A DNA stretch of 20,000 nucleotides from Trichomonas gallinae (taxonomy: Eukaryota): positions 57,305 through 77,304 of the forward strand of contig MRSU01002690.1 of NCBI GenBank assembly GCA_008369845.1, given 5' to 3'. A program made the position numbers and the translations under genes. This document shows, piece by piece, positions 8,471-17,562 of the stretch (position 1 is its first letter; the number at the start of each line of letters is the position of its first letter). Below the pieces are notes generated by a model. The model saw only the letters and a list, made by a program, of their open reading frames with translations, was not told the DNA's origin and searched no databases.

Positions 8471-9427
8471 TTAAAACAAAGTTCCATGGAGAAGGCTCTT
8501 ACGGGTCTGAGTCTTTTCACCGCCTCCATTTTGTCTAGATTTAATATTTTCGTCAACATATATTAAATCTGATATAAAATCACGCGTTTTGTTGAATTTC
8601 TCTGGCAAACCATTGACTTGTTCAATCTTTCTTCCGAATAACTGTTCAGAGAACTTGCAGGTCTTCTGATAAATGTTTTCAATTGTTAATCTGATAAGTG
8701 CAGCTTCTCTAGCTTTATCTCTCTGTTGAATTGACATTGTTTCTTGCAGATGTCTTTCTCTACCAAACTCTTTGAATGATGCTTCTTGTTCTTGTGCAAT
8801 TCGTTTAATTTGATAATCAATTTCAACGACACTATTTGTAGAAGATTCATCGTAAACAGTCATTGAATCTCTAAGACGCATTAATTCACGCTTGGAGCGA
8901 ACCAAACGAACCTGAAGAGTGCCTCTCCATTCTTTTAACGTATTATATTTGTTAACAATGCCTTGTACTTCGTTCTGTGCAGAACCACTGACAATTTCTG
9001 GCGACCTTTCGAATACTGAGTCCAAATACTTCTTATATGGAAGAGCAGCTTGTAATTTTGTTTTGATTTCGACTTCGTGTTGTTTAAGCTTTTCCATTTC
9101 GGCGATAAGTTCATCTAATTCGACTTGCTTGCCTGCTAAAGCAACTTCTTCTGACATCAAGCTTTCTTCATATCTTTGTCTTTTATTGCAGTTATCTCTG
9201 ATGAATTTATCTTTTGCAACGACTTCTTTCTGATTTTCAAGGTTTAGTTGTTCGAGCTCTTCGGCTCTTGCCTTGAATTGACGCATTTTCATTGCATGTT
9301 CTTGTTTTTTACGATCTAATTCGACTTGAAGGTCATAAGAAGCACGCTTCTTATCAATAAGACGTTCAAGACCGGTTTGGCTCTCAGGAACCAAACCTTT
9401 AAGACGGCGGGCTAAAACTCTCTGCAA
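8471..9427 (-). CDS. CCDC42/CFAP73-like (DUF4200) flagellar coiled-coil protein; start codon uncertain (TTG 9427; first ATG 9292)
   Basis: 318-codon coiled-coil ORF. ERLIDKKR...ELDRKKQEHAMKMRQFKARAEELE...KDKFIRDNCNKRQR and PYKKYLDSV resemble the DUF4200 motifs RLLEKRR...F.K.ME....R.EEL...KFDKFLKEND.KR.RA and Y..YLE.V. Confidence 0.8.
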   Translation of the reverse strand: MQRVLARRLKGLVPESQTGLERLIDKKRASYDLQVELDRKKQEHAMKMRQFKARAEELEQLNLENQKEVVAKDKFIRDNCNKRQRYEESLMSEEVALAGKQVELDELIAEMEKLKQHEVEIKTKLQAALPYKKYLDSVFERSPEIVSGSAQNEVQGIVNKYNTLKEWRGTLQVRLVRSKRELMRLRDSMTVYDESSTNSVVEIDYQIKRIAQEQEASFKEFGRERHLQETMSIQQRDKAREAALIRLTIENIYQKTCKFSEQLFGRKIEQVNGLPEKFNKTRDFISDLIYVDENIKSRQNGGGEKTQTRKSLLHGTLF

Positions 9428-9432
9428 GGGAA

Positions 9433-9451
9433 AATGTAACGAACAAAAAAA
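9433..9451 (-). promoter_or_regulatory. Putative core promoter/Inr-like element of the CCDC42-like gene
   Basis: Minus strand TTTTTTTGTTCGTTACATT lies 5 nt upstream of the TTG and mirrors the element in front of the dynein ATG. Confidence 0.45.
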
Positions 9452-9943
9452 TTGACATTATTGAAAATATTTTTGACTTTTGACATATAAACTATTTTAT
9501 GTCATGTAAATAATTGAATCATAATGATTTGTCATGTAAAATTTCAATACACTACAGCCAATATATCTTGCATCGTATATGCATTGATGTGTTATGATAT
9601 ATCGTGGTTTTATCACAAAATAAAATCATTTTTCAAAAGAAGTTCAAAACTTGTTAGTTTGAAGGTTTTTAGTTGACATAAAAGCAATATATTGATCTCA
9701 ATACCTGTGCGGTACAATATATATAACTATATTACAAATATACAAGGAGTTTAGCAAAATCATAATGACCTTTAATTGAAGCACCCATCAAAGCTATTTT
9801 GTTGAATTAGTCAATAAAATTTGATCCGTATTCTTTTGATGGTACCTTTATTGATGAACAATTCCAAATAATGTAAATTGACTTGATGTTTTGGGTTATT
9901 ATAAATCATTTATTGTTTTTGTATAAAGATTTTTATTTGTAGA

Positions 9944-10048
9944 TTTACATGTCAATTTTTGGTAAATTTTTCTTGTTTACATGTCAAAATATTGGCAGAT
10001 CTTTCTATTTACCTGTCAAGATTTATTGACAAATTTCTTTACGTGTCA
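9944..10048 (+). promoter_or_regulatory. Phased array of four TTTACNTGTCA motifs upstream of the EEP gene
   Basis: TTTACATGTCA at 9944 and 9976, TTTACCTGTCA at 10008, TTTACGTGTCA at 10038; spacing 32, 32 and 30 bp. Confidence 0.65.
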
Positions 10049-10182
10049 AGTTGATGAGAAAAATGTAAACAAATAACGTATTTTTAAAAGTGAACGGGAA
10101 ATTGGAAAAATAAATAAGAATGGAGAACGTGAATAAGTGATGTGTAAACAGTTTCAATTGAAAATAATCGGCCAAAATTTTA

Positions 10183-11232
10183 ATGGACGCAACAAATATT
10201 ATCTCAAGCATAGTCTTTGGCGCCTTCTTCTTGATTGTCGGAGGCTACATTTTCCTCAAACTTATCGGAAGAATTGTCCACTACAACCCAGACACACCTG
10301 TTGTTAAACCAGATCCAAATGTCTCCGTCGAGCGTGTTAGAATGATCACTGTTGACTTGCACCTTCATCCAAAGATCTTGCATCCATTTGGTAATCAGTT
10401 CAACAACGAACGTGCAAGTGAAATCGTTAATTATCTTAAGAACTATGACATCGTTGCTGTTAATGAGGCCCACTCTTCTCCATTCCACAGCATCAGCTCT
10501 TTCGCTAAGAAGATGAAGGATGCTGGCTACATTTACTCAACTGGTTTACCAAATGTTGACATAGCTTCAGTTGCCGTGGCTGATGGTGGCGTAATTATCT
10601 TCTCTAAGCTCCCAATCCTCAAGCACGATAACATTTTGTTCAATCTCTGCTGCGGACAAGATTATTTACTCTCTAAGGGCTCTGTCTACGCAAGAGTTCA
10701 AACTTCTCCAACAGAATACATCCATATTGTCGCCACAAACCTTCAGTCACTCTCTGATAACTCAATTCCTGAATGCCAGGCAGTTAGAATGAATCAGATC
10801 CGTGAAACACAGAGATTGATCTCAAGAAACCGCAAAGATCAGTTCCCAGTCTTCGTCCTTGGCAACTTCAACATTGATTCTATCAATCCAATAACAGCTG
10901 GAAAATTATCAAAGAACGAGTACGAAAGACTCTGCAGATCATTCACAGTTGATAAGTGCCAGTTCCTTGATATGCTTTACGACTCACAGGGCGAGCATAA
11001 ACCAACATACGGTGCTGGAGATAAAATTATTACTGATAAGCGCGATATTAACAAGCATATGAGCACAGACTACGTCATTGCATTCAACCCTCTTGAGGGT
11101 CCACTATACATGAGCAACCATATCACAGACGTTGTTCGTCTTGAATCTACATCCAAGCAATTCAACTACTGTTCATCACATTTCGGCGTCGAGGCTGAGA
11201 TTGTCCTTTCCCACCGTGCTCCAGAAGCATAA
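10183..11232 (+). CDS. Endonuclease/exonuclease/phosphatase (EEP) family, neutral sphingomyelinase C-like, N-terminal membrane anchor; probable pseudoenzyme
   Basis: Hydrophobic residues ~6-28. EEP motifs occur in order: YDIVAVNE, DGGVIIFSKLPI, SKG, HIVATNLQS, VLGNFNI, STDYV, SSHFGV. The stop TAA is followed by A (UAAA, the trichomonad polyadenylation signal). Confidence 0.85.
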   Translation: MDATNIISSIVFGAFFLIVGGYIFLKLIGRIVHYNPDTPVVKPDPNVSVERVRMITVDLHLHPKILHPFGNQFNNERASEIVNYLKNYDIVAVNEAHSSPFHSISSFAKKMKDAGYIYSTGLPNVDIASVAVADGGVIIFSKLPILKHDNILFNLCCGQDYLLSKGSVYARVQTSPTEYIHIVATNLQSLSDNSIPECQAVRMNQIRETQRLISRNRKDQFPVFVLGNFNIDSINPITAGKLSKNEYERLCRSFTVDKCQFLDMLYDSQGEHKPTYGAGDKIITDKRDINKHMSTDYVIAFNPLEGPLYMSNHITDVVRLESTSKQFNYCSSHFGVEAEIVLSHRAPEA

Positions 11233-11408
11233 AAATACAATATTTATGATTAAAAATTTATCTACTGCATTGCATACCTAAACAACTCTACAGCCATTCT
11301 TTTACGGCATAAAAATTATCATTCATAGACTTATTCACATGATAAAAGAATAAAAAAAATAGAATTTAATATTCAATGGTAAATAAACAGAAAATTTACA
11401 AACATATA

Positions 11409-12437
11409 TTATAAAGTATCAAAAAATTGGTTATCTTCGCGTTCTATTGCTTTCTCTACTGCTTTTGAGCTCTCGAAGAAAGGATGAGAAACGATTTGCT
11501 CGAATGTATATCTTTTCGCTGGATTTATCTCAAGAATATGAGTCAGTAAGTCCTTAAGAGTCTCATCTTTCGTGGGTATTTCAAGCTGGTTTCCAGAAAG
11601 ACAAAGTTTAACATGTTCAAACGCTTCTGTTACAGAATAGCTTTGTCCTTCCATTATTCCAAATGGTAAATACCCAAATAATGACTCATATAATGAGATT
11701 CCGTACGCCCAAACATCTGCTGGCTTCGGATAGAAATTTGAATCCAGCAGCACTTCAGGAGCGAGGAAAGCCACTGTTCCCCTTGGATCTGCGAGCTTTT
11801 CCTGTTCTTGTATGTGTTGCGATAGATAGAAATCTGTAAGAACGAAATAATCTTCGGATAAGCCAAGAATGTTTTCTGGTTTTATATCGCGGTGAACGAT
11901 GCCTCTGGAATGCATGTAAGCTCCAGCTATCGCTATTTCAAGAAAACATAAGTTTATCGTAGCTTGTGAGCATTTTTGTTTCAATATCATTGATTTTAGG
12001 TTTCCAAGAGGTGCAAGTGGAAATACTAGAACGACTGTATTGGTTATTTCGTCAGTAAACGCTTCAACGAGTGAAATAATGTACCTGTGATTTAGTTGCG
12101 ATAAATTATTAAGCGAATTTTGTAATTGATTGTATGGTTGCTCATCCTCTGGCACACCATTTCGTGTGAGTTGTCCAAACTGGTAAATCTTGGCAAAATA
12201 AAATCTATCATCATCAACATTTTTGATCAGAAAGAGACTAGCGAAAGATCGTGTGCTCAAACACTTAACAATCAGGTAGTTATGTATAATTGGGTTGTTT
12301 TGGAAAATAAAGTCTGCAAAAGGAACCGTTTGGATAATGAATTCATCGCCAACGTCATCTTCGGACGAGCCCTCCTCTTCTTCTTCTTCCTCCCCTTCAG
12401 CAACGACTTGGCTAGCTTTAGATACGCATGTTCCCAT
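11409..12437 (-). CDS. Ser/Thr protein kinase (CAMK/CAMKK-like), predicted N-myristoylated/palmitoylated, divergent
   Basis: MGTCVSK N-terminus, poly-Glu tract, FAK, HRDIKPEN, DFY, GTVAFLAPE, DVWAYG, P.KR...HPFF. Confidence 0.9.
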   Translation of the reverse strand: MGTCVSKASQVVAEGEEEEEEEGSSEDDVGDEFIIQTVPFADFIFQNNPIIHNYLIVKCLSTRSFASLFLIKNVDDDRFYFAKIYQFGQLTRNGVPEDEQPYNQLQNSLNNLSQLNHRYIISLVEAFTDEITNTVVLVFPLAPLGNLKSMILKQKCSQATINLCFLEIAIAGAYMHSRGIVHRDIKPENILGLSEDYFVLTDFYLSQHIQEQEKLADPRGTVAFLAPEVLLDSNFYPKPADVWAYGISLYESLFGYLPFGIMEGQSYSVTEAFEHVKLCLSGNQLEIPTKDETLKDLLTHILEINPAKRYTFEQIVSHPFFESSKAVEKAIEREDNQFFDTL

Positions 12438-13226
12438 TAAATAACGTTATTTATGATTATTGTCAGAAATTTTTGTCAAAAACGAAAATTTGTTGCTTTT
12501 GATCAAAGAACTAATCATTGCCGATGCCACCACATTAATATATAGTACTTATATTGTTATTCCATGAGAAGATAAACTACTAAAGCTTTTCTTATAATAG
12601 AATACAATAGAAATTACTTATTTTTGACATTTTACATGTCAAATAGTGTAAGAAAATGTAAGAATACGTTAAATATATGAAAATACATAAATTCATCATA
12701 TAAAGATTGTTATTTCAAACTCATTCGCTTCAAATATATATGGCATGTAGTCCAAATAACAAGACTCGTCAGTAAATGATTTTAATTTGCATTGTCAAAA
12801 TATTATGAAAAAAAAGTTGTATAAGGTTATTTTACATGACAAAAAATGAAAAGTATATTTAATTCATTCACAGGAATGGAAAACTCGGGTGTAAATCACT
12901 CCAAACTAGGTAGGAAATATATAATACCCAACTAGGTACTATTTAAAGAATATCTAAGAATGTAAACAATTAGGTGATGATGAATGGACTATAAACAGAT
13001 CTTATGATTGTTGAACATCTTTAGATGCCACGGAAACTTTATGACATGGATTTCAATGTCATACATGTATCTATTTAGAGGCGTTCTTTAAAAATACTGT
13101 TAAAATATAACTAGAATCGAAATACTATCAAAGCACATCAAAATTATATGTTTTTGTCATGTAAATTCGTTAATAATTATTTTATTTGTCAAATCATTAA
13201 ATTTTTGACAAAAAGTGAAGATTTCA

Positions 13227-13234
13227 AACGGTTT
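13227..13234 (+). promoter_or_regulatory. M3-like (Myb-element-like) trichomonad core promoter motif
   Basis: AACGGTTT fits the recalled T. vaginalis M3 consensus DRCSGYTD and lies 12 nt upstream of the ATG at 13247. Confidence 0.45.
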
Positions 13235-13246
13235 TTATTATATTTC

Positions 13247-15802
13247 ATGTTTTTGTTATTTATTGGGCTGATTAATGCAGTTGAAAACATGCCAATTCTC
13301 TCAACAACGTGCACAAACAGTACAGTATATAATCCACTAACTTATAGCTGCGAGTCTTGCCCCGCTGACTCAGTTTACAACGAAACAACACAAAAATGCG
13401 ACTATAACGCATGCGAGAATGGTCAAGTTAGGTATGGTTCTGTCTGCATGGCAGAAAATGCCTTTAACAGAAGCCGTTCAACAGCTGCAATTCGCGAAAA
13501 CGATTTACTCACATTTTCAAATATAAAATCAACATCCGGTGCTGACTCGATTCAAAGTTTCCAATACAGCGAACAAATTTTCAACAAAATCACATATTAT
13601 GGTGCTATTGCAAATAATGCGCCATACGATGTTCAAGCTAAAGAATTTCTTGCAAATATGTGTGCAGCAAACCACTTCAAGCCTGATTCATCAGTTTGTG
13701 TGCTGTTTAACACAGGCTACAACAACACAGGGAAAAGTTTGTACGGATATCAAGATTGGATAGAGGGCGTCCCATTCCTTTATTACAAGGATGCTAAGCA
13801 AAGCGATGTGCTGGAGGAGGACATATTTAAGACAGTTTTCACCGATAAACGCAACATTTCAATTCAATTAGCTCGTTATACGCCAGATGGAGAATTCCTT
13901 GGCTTCAAGGAGCTCACAACAGACTTCGAGCGTTGCTCCATTGCTAACCAAAACGCACAGTTGTGGAGAACTTTCGGATCAAATCTATATAATGACTGCT
14001 ACATCAATTTATATCAGGAACTTAACAGAACATCATTCGAATTCTACGAGCCTTTCATCGTTGACAATACTGTTGATGGAGAAAAAGTGATTCGTCCGCT
14101 TCCAATTTTAGATTTAAATTATCTTTCATCAAATACGCAAACTGTCAACAGATTTGGTGAAGAATATCATGTGTTAACACGCCGTTTCTTCCTTGCTGAT
14201 AATTACACGTCAGATGATTATGTACAATATTTAACTAACTTTACCCTCGTTTTCCAGACCAATATGAACAACAAATCTCAGATTTATGTTCCACTGATCA
14301 TCACAGATTACGTCCAAGTCCTTAAAACAGAGCTCCAAGCGAGAAAACCTTCTTTCAAGCCTTTAACTGAAGAAGTTTACCAGCCTGAATACGCATTCAA
14401 CGTATTCTACCAAATGGAGCTCTCAGACTTCTGGACAGGCGTTTTAATTGCAATTATTGTTATTTTATTTGTTTTTGTTGTTGCTTTAATCTGGCGCCTT
14501 ATTACCTTCTGCAAACGTCACAACGCAGAAGGCCTGTCATTATATATTTATCTGGGCTCAATCGCTTACATTTTAGATTATATCTCGAATTGGTTCTTCT
14601 TGTGCGTTTTCTTGGTTTCAGCATACTTCTGGTTCTTTTATAAGCTCCAATTCAGCAGTTTTTATTCACTTCCTTACGGAAGAGATTTCGAATATTTGAT
14701 TCCATTTGTTTGGACATCATTTACAATCAAGATTGTTGCTGTTTTCCTCCGCCTTTGGCAATTGACAGCGACAGATCTGTTCTTCATCGATTGGGAAACG
14801 CCGCATTCGGATGATCAGAAAGTATCTCCATGGAGAAGAATCACAGTTGCCAAACAATGGTACTATGCTAGTACAGTTCGTGCATACAGCATCCCATTCA
14901 CTGTTATGATGATTGTTTTCATACAAAATGGCTTCAATGTTGATTTAATCACGCAAGCAATTCCAGATACAACACTTATCGACGTAGGAATGAGTCCTAT
15001 GATCCTCAGAGTTGGCTGGATATCATTCTTGTTCGTTATCCTTGGTTTCATACAATGGATTTGGTGCGAATTCTTCTACTGGCATTTTTCATCAGATCCA
15101 TTCTTGAATTTCGTCGATTTGTGCTCCACCTCCAACATTTCGACAATGATCATAGAGTCCCCTCAGCACGGCTACTACGTGCACGGCCGCTGCGTCCACG
15201 CGCACTCAGATGAGTCGATGTTTAGGCTGACGACAAATCTCGCGAAAGAAGCCTTGGGCGTCGCGTCTGGCCGCGGCTTGACAACAGAAGACAGGTCTCA
15301 GGTATACGAGGTGTTCTATGAGACGAAGTTCAGGCGCAGGTTTATTGAGCAGTTCTACACTACTATGAACATGATGGGCAAGAAGCTGTTTTCTATCACG
15401 GCGAAAGAAATCCCGCACGAATGCATAGAGTCGTTCGCCAACCTCAACAAGACGTTCACAAAGTTCTTCGACATGAGCCAGACGAACTTCAGGAACGAGG
15501 TGCAGCTCGATGTCCCTGTTTCGCAGTTCGTGTTCGGCCTTTCGCCGAAGACTGACGAAAAGTCTATCCTCAACAAAGCAGAAGAGAGAGAATTCAGGAA
15601 GACGATGGTCTATGGCGCGCAGTGGTCATTGTACATCCTCGCCATCGTCCTATTCGTCGGCGTAGACATGCACACGCAGAATTCGATGATCGCCGCATTT
15701 GTTGTTTTTGTTGTTGATTTCTTGTTCATGACAGTATACAGACTCCGCACACGTGCAAAGGTTGCAAAGAACGCACTTATGGATACAGACTATTTGATAT
15801 AA
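13247..15802 (+). CDS. TMEM67: Meckelin (TMEM67/MKS3), ciliary transition-zone membrane protein
   Basis: Signal peptide from ATG 13247 (MFLLFIGLINA), Cys-rich N-terminus and several TM helices. Meckelin motifs are LTRRFFLAD, LFFIDWE, PWRRITVAKQW, FVDLCSTSNIS, HGYYVHGRCVHAHSD and RGL. The 33 codons from 13148 look like promoter sequence. Confidence 0.93.
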   Translation: MFLLFIGLINAVENMPILSTTCTNSTVYNPLTYSCESCPADSVYNETTQKCDYNACENGQVRYGSVCMAENAFNRSRSTAAIRENDLLTFSNIKSTSGADSIQSFQYSEQIFNKITYYGAIANNAPYDVQAKEFLANMCAANHFKPDSSVCVLFNTGYNNTGKSLYGYQDWIEGVPFLYYKDAKQSDVLEEDIFKTVFTDKRNISIQLARYTPDGEFLGFKELTTDFERCSIANQNAQLWRTFGSNLYNDCYINLYQELNRTSFEFYEPFIVDNTVDGEKVIRPLPILDLNYLSSNTQTVNRFGEEYHVLTRRFFLADNYTSDDYVQYLTNFTLVFQTNMNNKSQIYVPLIITDYVQVLKTELQARKPSFKPLTEEVYQPEYAFNVFYQMELSDFWTGVLIAIIVILFVFVVALIWRLITFCKRHNAEGLSLYIYLGSIAYILDYISNWFFLCVFLVSAYFWFFYKLQFSSFYSLPYGRDFEYLIPFVWTSFTIKIVAVFLRLWQLTATDLFFIDWETPHSDDQKVSPWRRITVAKQWYYASTVRAYSIPFTVMMIVFIQNGFNVDLITQAIPDTTLIDVGMSPMILRVGWISFLFVILGFIQWIWCEFFYWHFSSDPFLNFVDLCSTSNISTMIIESPQHGYYVHGRCVHAHSDESMFRLTTNLAKEALGVASGRGLTTEDRSQVYEVFYETKFRRRFIEQFYTTMNMMGKKLFSITAKEIPHECIESFANLNKTFTKFFDMSQTNFRNEVQLDVPVSQFVFGLSPKTDEKSILNKAEEREFRKTMVYGAQWSLYILAIVLFVGVDMHTQNSMIAAFVVFVVDFLFMTVYRLRTRAKVAKNALMDTDYLI

Positions 15803-16330
15803 TTAAAAGATTGTAATTAATTATTTTTAATCCTATTTTTACTTATTGAAATCACTTTCTATTATTTTTTTCTTTTTCTGCAAAATTATTTTGAATGTGG
15901 AATAAATCCTGGGATCGAAATTCATAGACCAGATTCAATTTTATAGATAGAATGAGTCACTGGAAAATATGTCAGCACAATAAAAATATGTCAAAACTTA
16001 GTGATACACATAAATTTATACAGAGTATGTATCTTTAACATAATATTCCTCTATGTCCAATCTATATTGCATTTTTATTGCAGGTTGTAAAATGCAGCAC
16101 ACATTGAAGTTGAAAGATTTCTTGCGAAAAACATTGTTTTCAAAAAGTCTTGCATGCATAGCATCAAATTATGAATTTCGGTCAATCAATGTAATACAGT
16201 ATGTCATATTTATATACAATGAATGCCTTTTTAATGATTTTAGAAGGAATTTAAATCTTGATGCATTTAGAAAAAAACTTTTTGGAAATTTTGACAAATG
16301 TCAAAAAAAAAATAAATATGTCAAAAAATA

Positions 16331-17059
16331 TTGATTCTGTTTTTTCTCTTTCAAATCTCCGGTAAGCTGGAGGATCCATTTGATGAAATACCGATAAAAG
16401 ACTTCGGATATGTCCCTGACTTTGCAGAATTAGAAAAATCTTCATTTTACCGCAATTTTGAGCTCGATTCAAAATTACCGGACGGTAGACAACAAATTAA
16501 ATCGCAAAAACATTCTTTTCTCCCAAATAATACTATTATAATGAACAATCAAATCGTTTGCAAGGATTTTTTTATGAATTCATCAGATATAGACGCTAAA
16601 GGCTGTTGGAGATGCGAAAATCCATGTAACAAGCATGCGATGTGTGTTTATCCTGGCAAATGCCAATGTTTATCACCTTATAAAGGCGACGGAATAAAAT
16701 GTAGTGAAACTCGACTTCTGATTACGGATGCTACACTATTTGAAGAAGAAAACATGATAATTGTAAGATTTTTGCCAAATGCTGAAGCTGAGACAAATAT
16801 CACTGTATTACTATCAGGAAATCCTTTAGCATGTGTCACAATGCAGCCTAACTCTATAACATGTGAAATATATAATGATCAATTATCAAATTTGAATATT
16901 TCTCTTGATTTCAATCAAAAAATTCAAAGTAAGCCATTTTTAGTCACTCGTATAAATCAGCAAACAACAAGAAGTGACATGCTTTCATTCTTCATTTATG
17001 GCTTTATTTGTGCGATAATGATTAATTTGATTATCAAATATATTCAAATGACTATTTAG
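16331..17059 (+). CDS. EGF-like domain single-pass membrane protein; start uncertain (TTG 16331; first ATG 16541)
   Basis: Signal-peptide-like (M/L)ILFFLFQISG, EGF-like CNKHAMCVYPGKCQCLSPYKGDGIKC, and C-terminal TM segment MLSFFIYGFICAIMINLII. Confidence 0.75.
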   Translation: MILFFLFQISGKLEDPFDEIPIKDFGYVPDFAELEKSSFYRNFELDSKLPDGRQQIKSQKHSFLPNNTIIMNNQIVCKDFFMNSSDIDAKGCWRCENPCNKHAMCVYPGKCQCLSPYKGDGIKCSETRLLITDATLFEEENMIIVRFLPNAEAETNITVLLSGNPLACVTMQPNSITCEIYNDQLSNLNISLDFNQKIQSKPFLVTRINQQTTRSDMLSFFIYGFICAIMINLIIKYIQMTI

Positions 17060-17562
17060 ATCATTTAAAATCATTTTTCCAATGTCAATATTAACGATTT
17101 TAAACTTGTTTGTTTTTTAAATATTATTGAATTTTTTTGTCTTTGTATTTGGGCCTTTTCTCAGTTAAATCATATACTTGCATTGTTTTTAATATTAAAT
17201 AAACTAACTTAGAGCCTTTAATCATCGAATAATAAAAAATTGAATTTTTTATTTATGCTCTAATCGCAAAATATATTTTGGAAATAGATATCGCAGTGTG
17301 TGCTTATTCTATTGTAAATCTCACTAAAGAAAAAAAATCATCATCAACTTTCACTAGGCCAAATAATATGAGTTCATATTATTCTGACTTATAAATCACT
17401 TATTTGGATGAGATAGGCTGATTTAGACGACGAGCAGCAACGAAATAAATAAAAATCGAAATAAAATTGATAATTAAAGAAATTGAAGCTTTGGAGTCAT
17501 ATATTTCAACAAACATTAATTACTATAGTTTATAAACAATATAAATACAACAAAATAATAAA

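Noticed and set aside
5306..11232. A multi-gene CBASS-like operon (NucC fusion plus the EEP protein as a signal-degrading nuclease)
   Set aside because: No cyclase is present, the genes are separated by an oppositely oriented flagellar gene, and the EEP protein is sphingomyelinase-like with substituted catalytic residues.
12960..13060. C-box-like GTGATGA suggesting a C/D snoRNA (similar ATGATGA near 8170)
   Set aside because: No D box (CTGA) or terminal stem was found at a suitable distance.
13148..13246. 33-codon N-terminal extension of meckelin in the ORF track
   Set aside because: It consists of promoter-type motifs (TGTCATGTAAA, M3-like AACGGTTT), and the ATG at 13247 begins a proper signal peptide.
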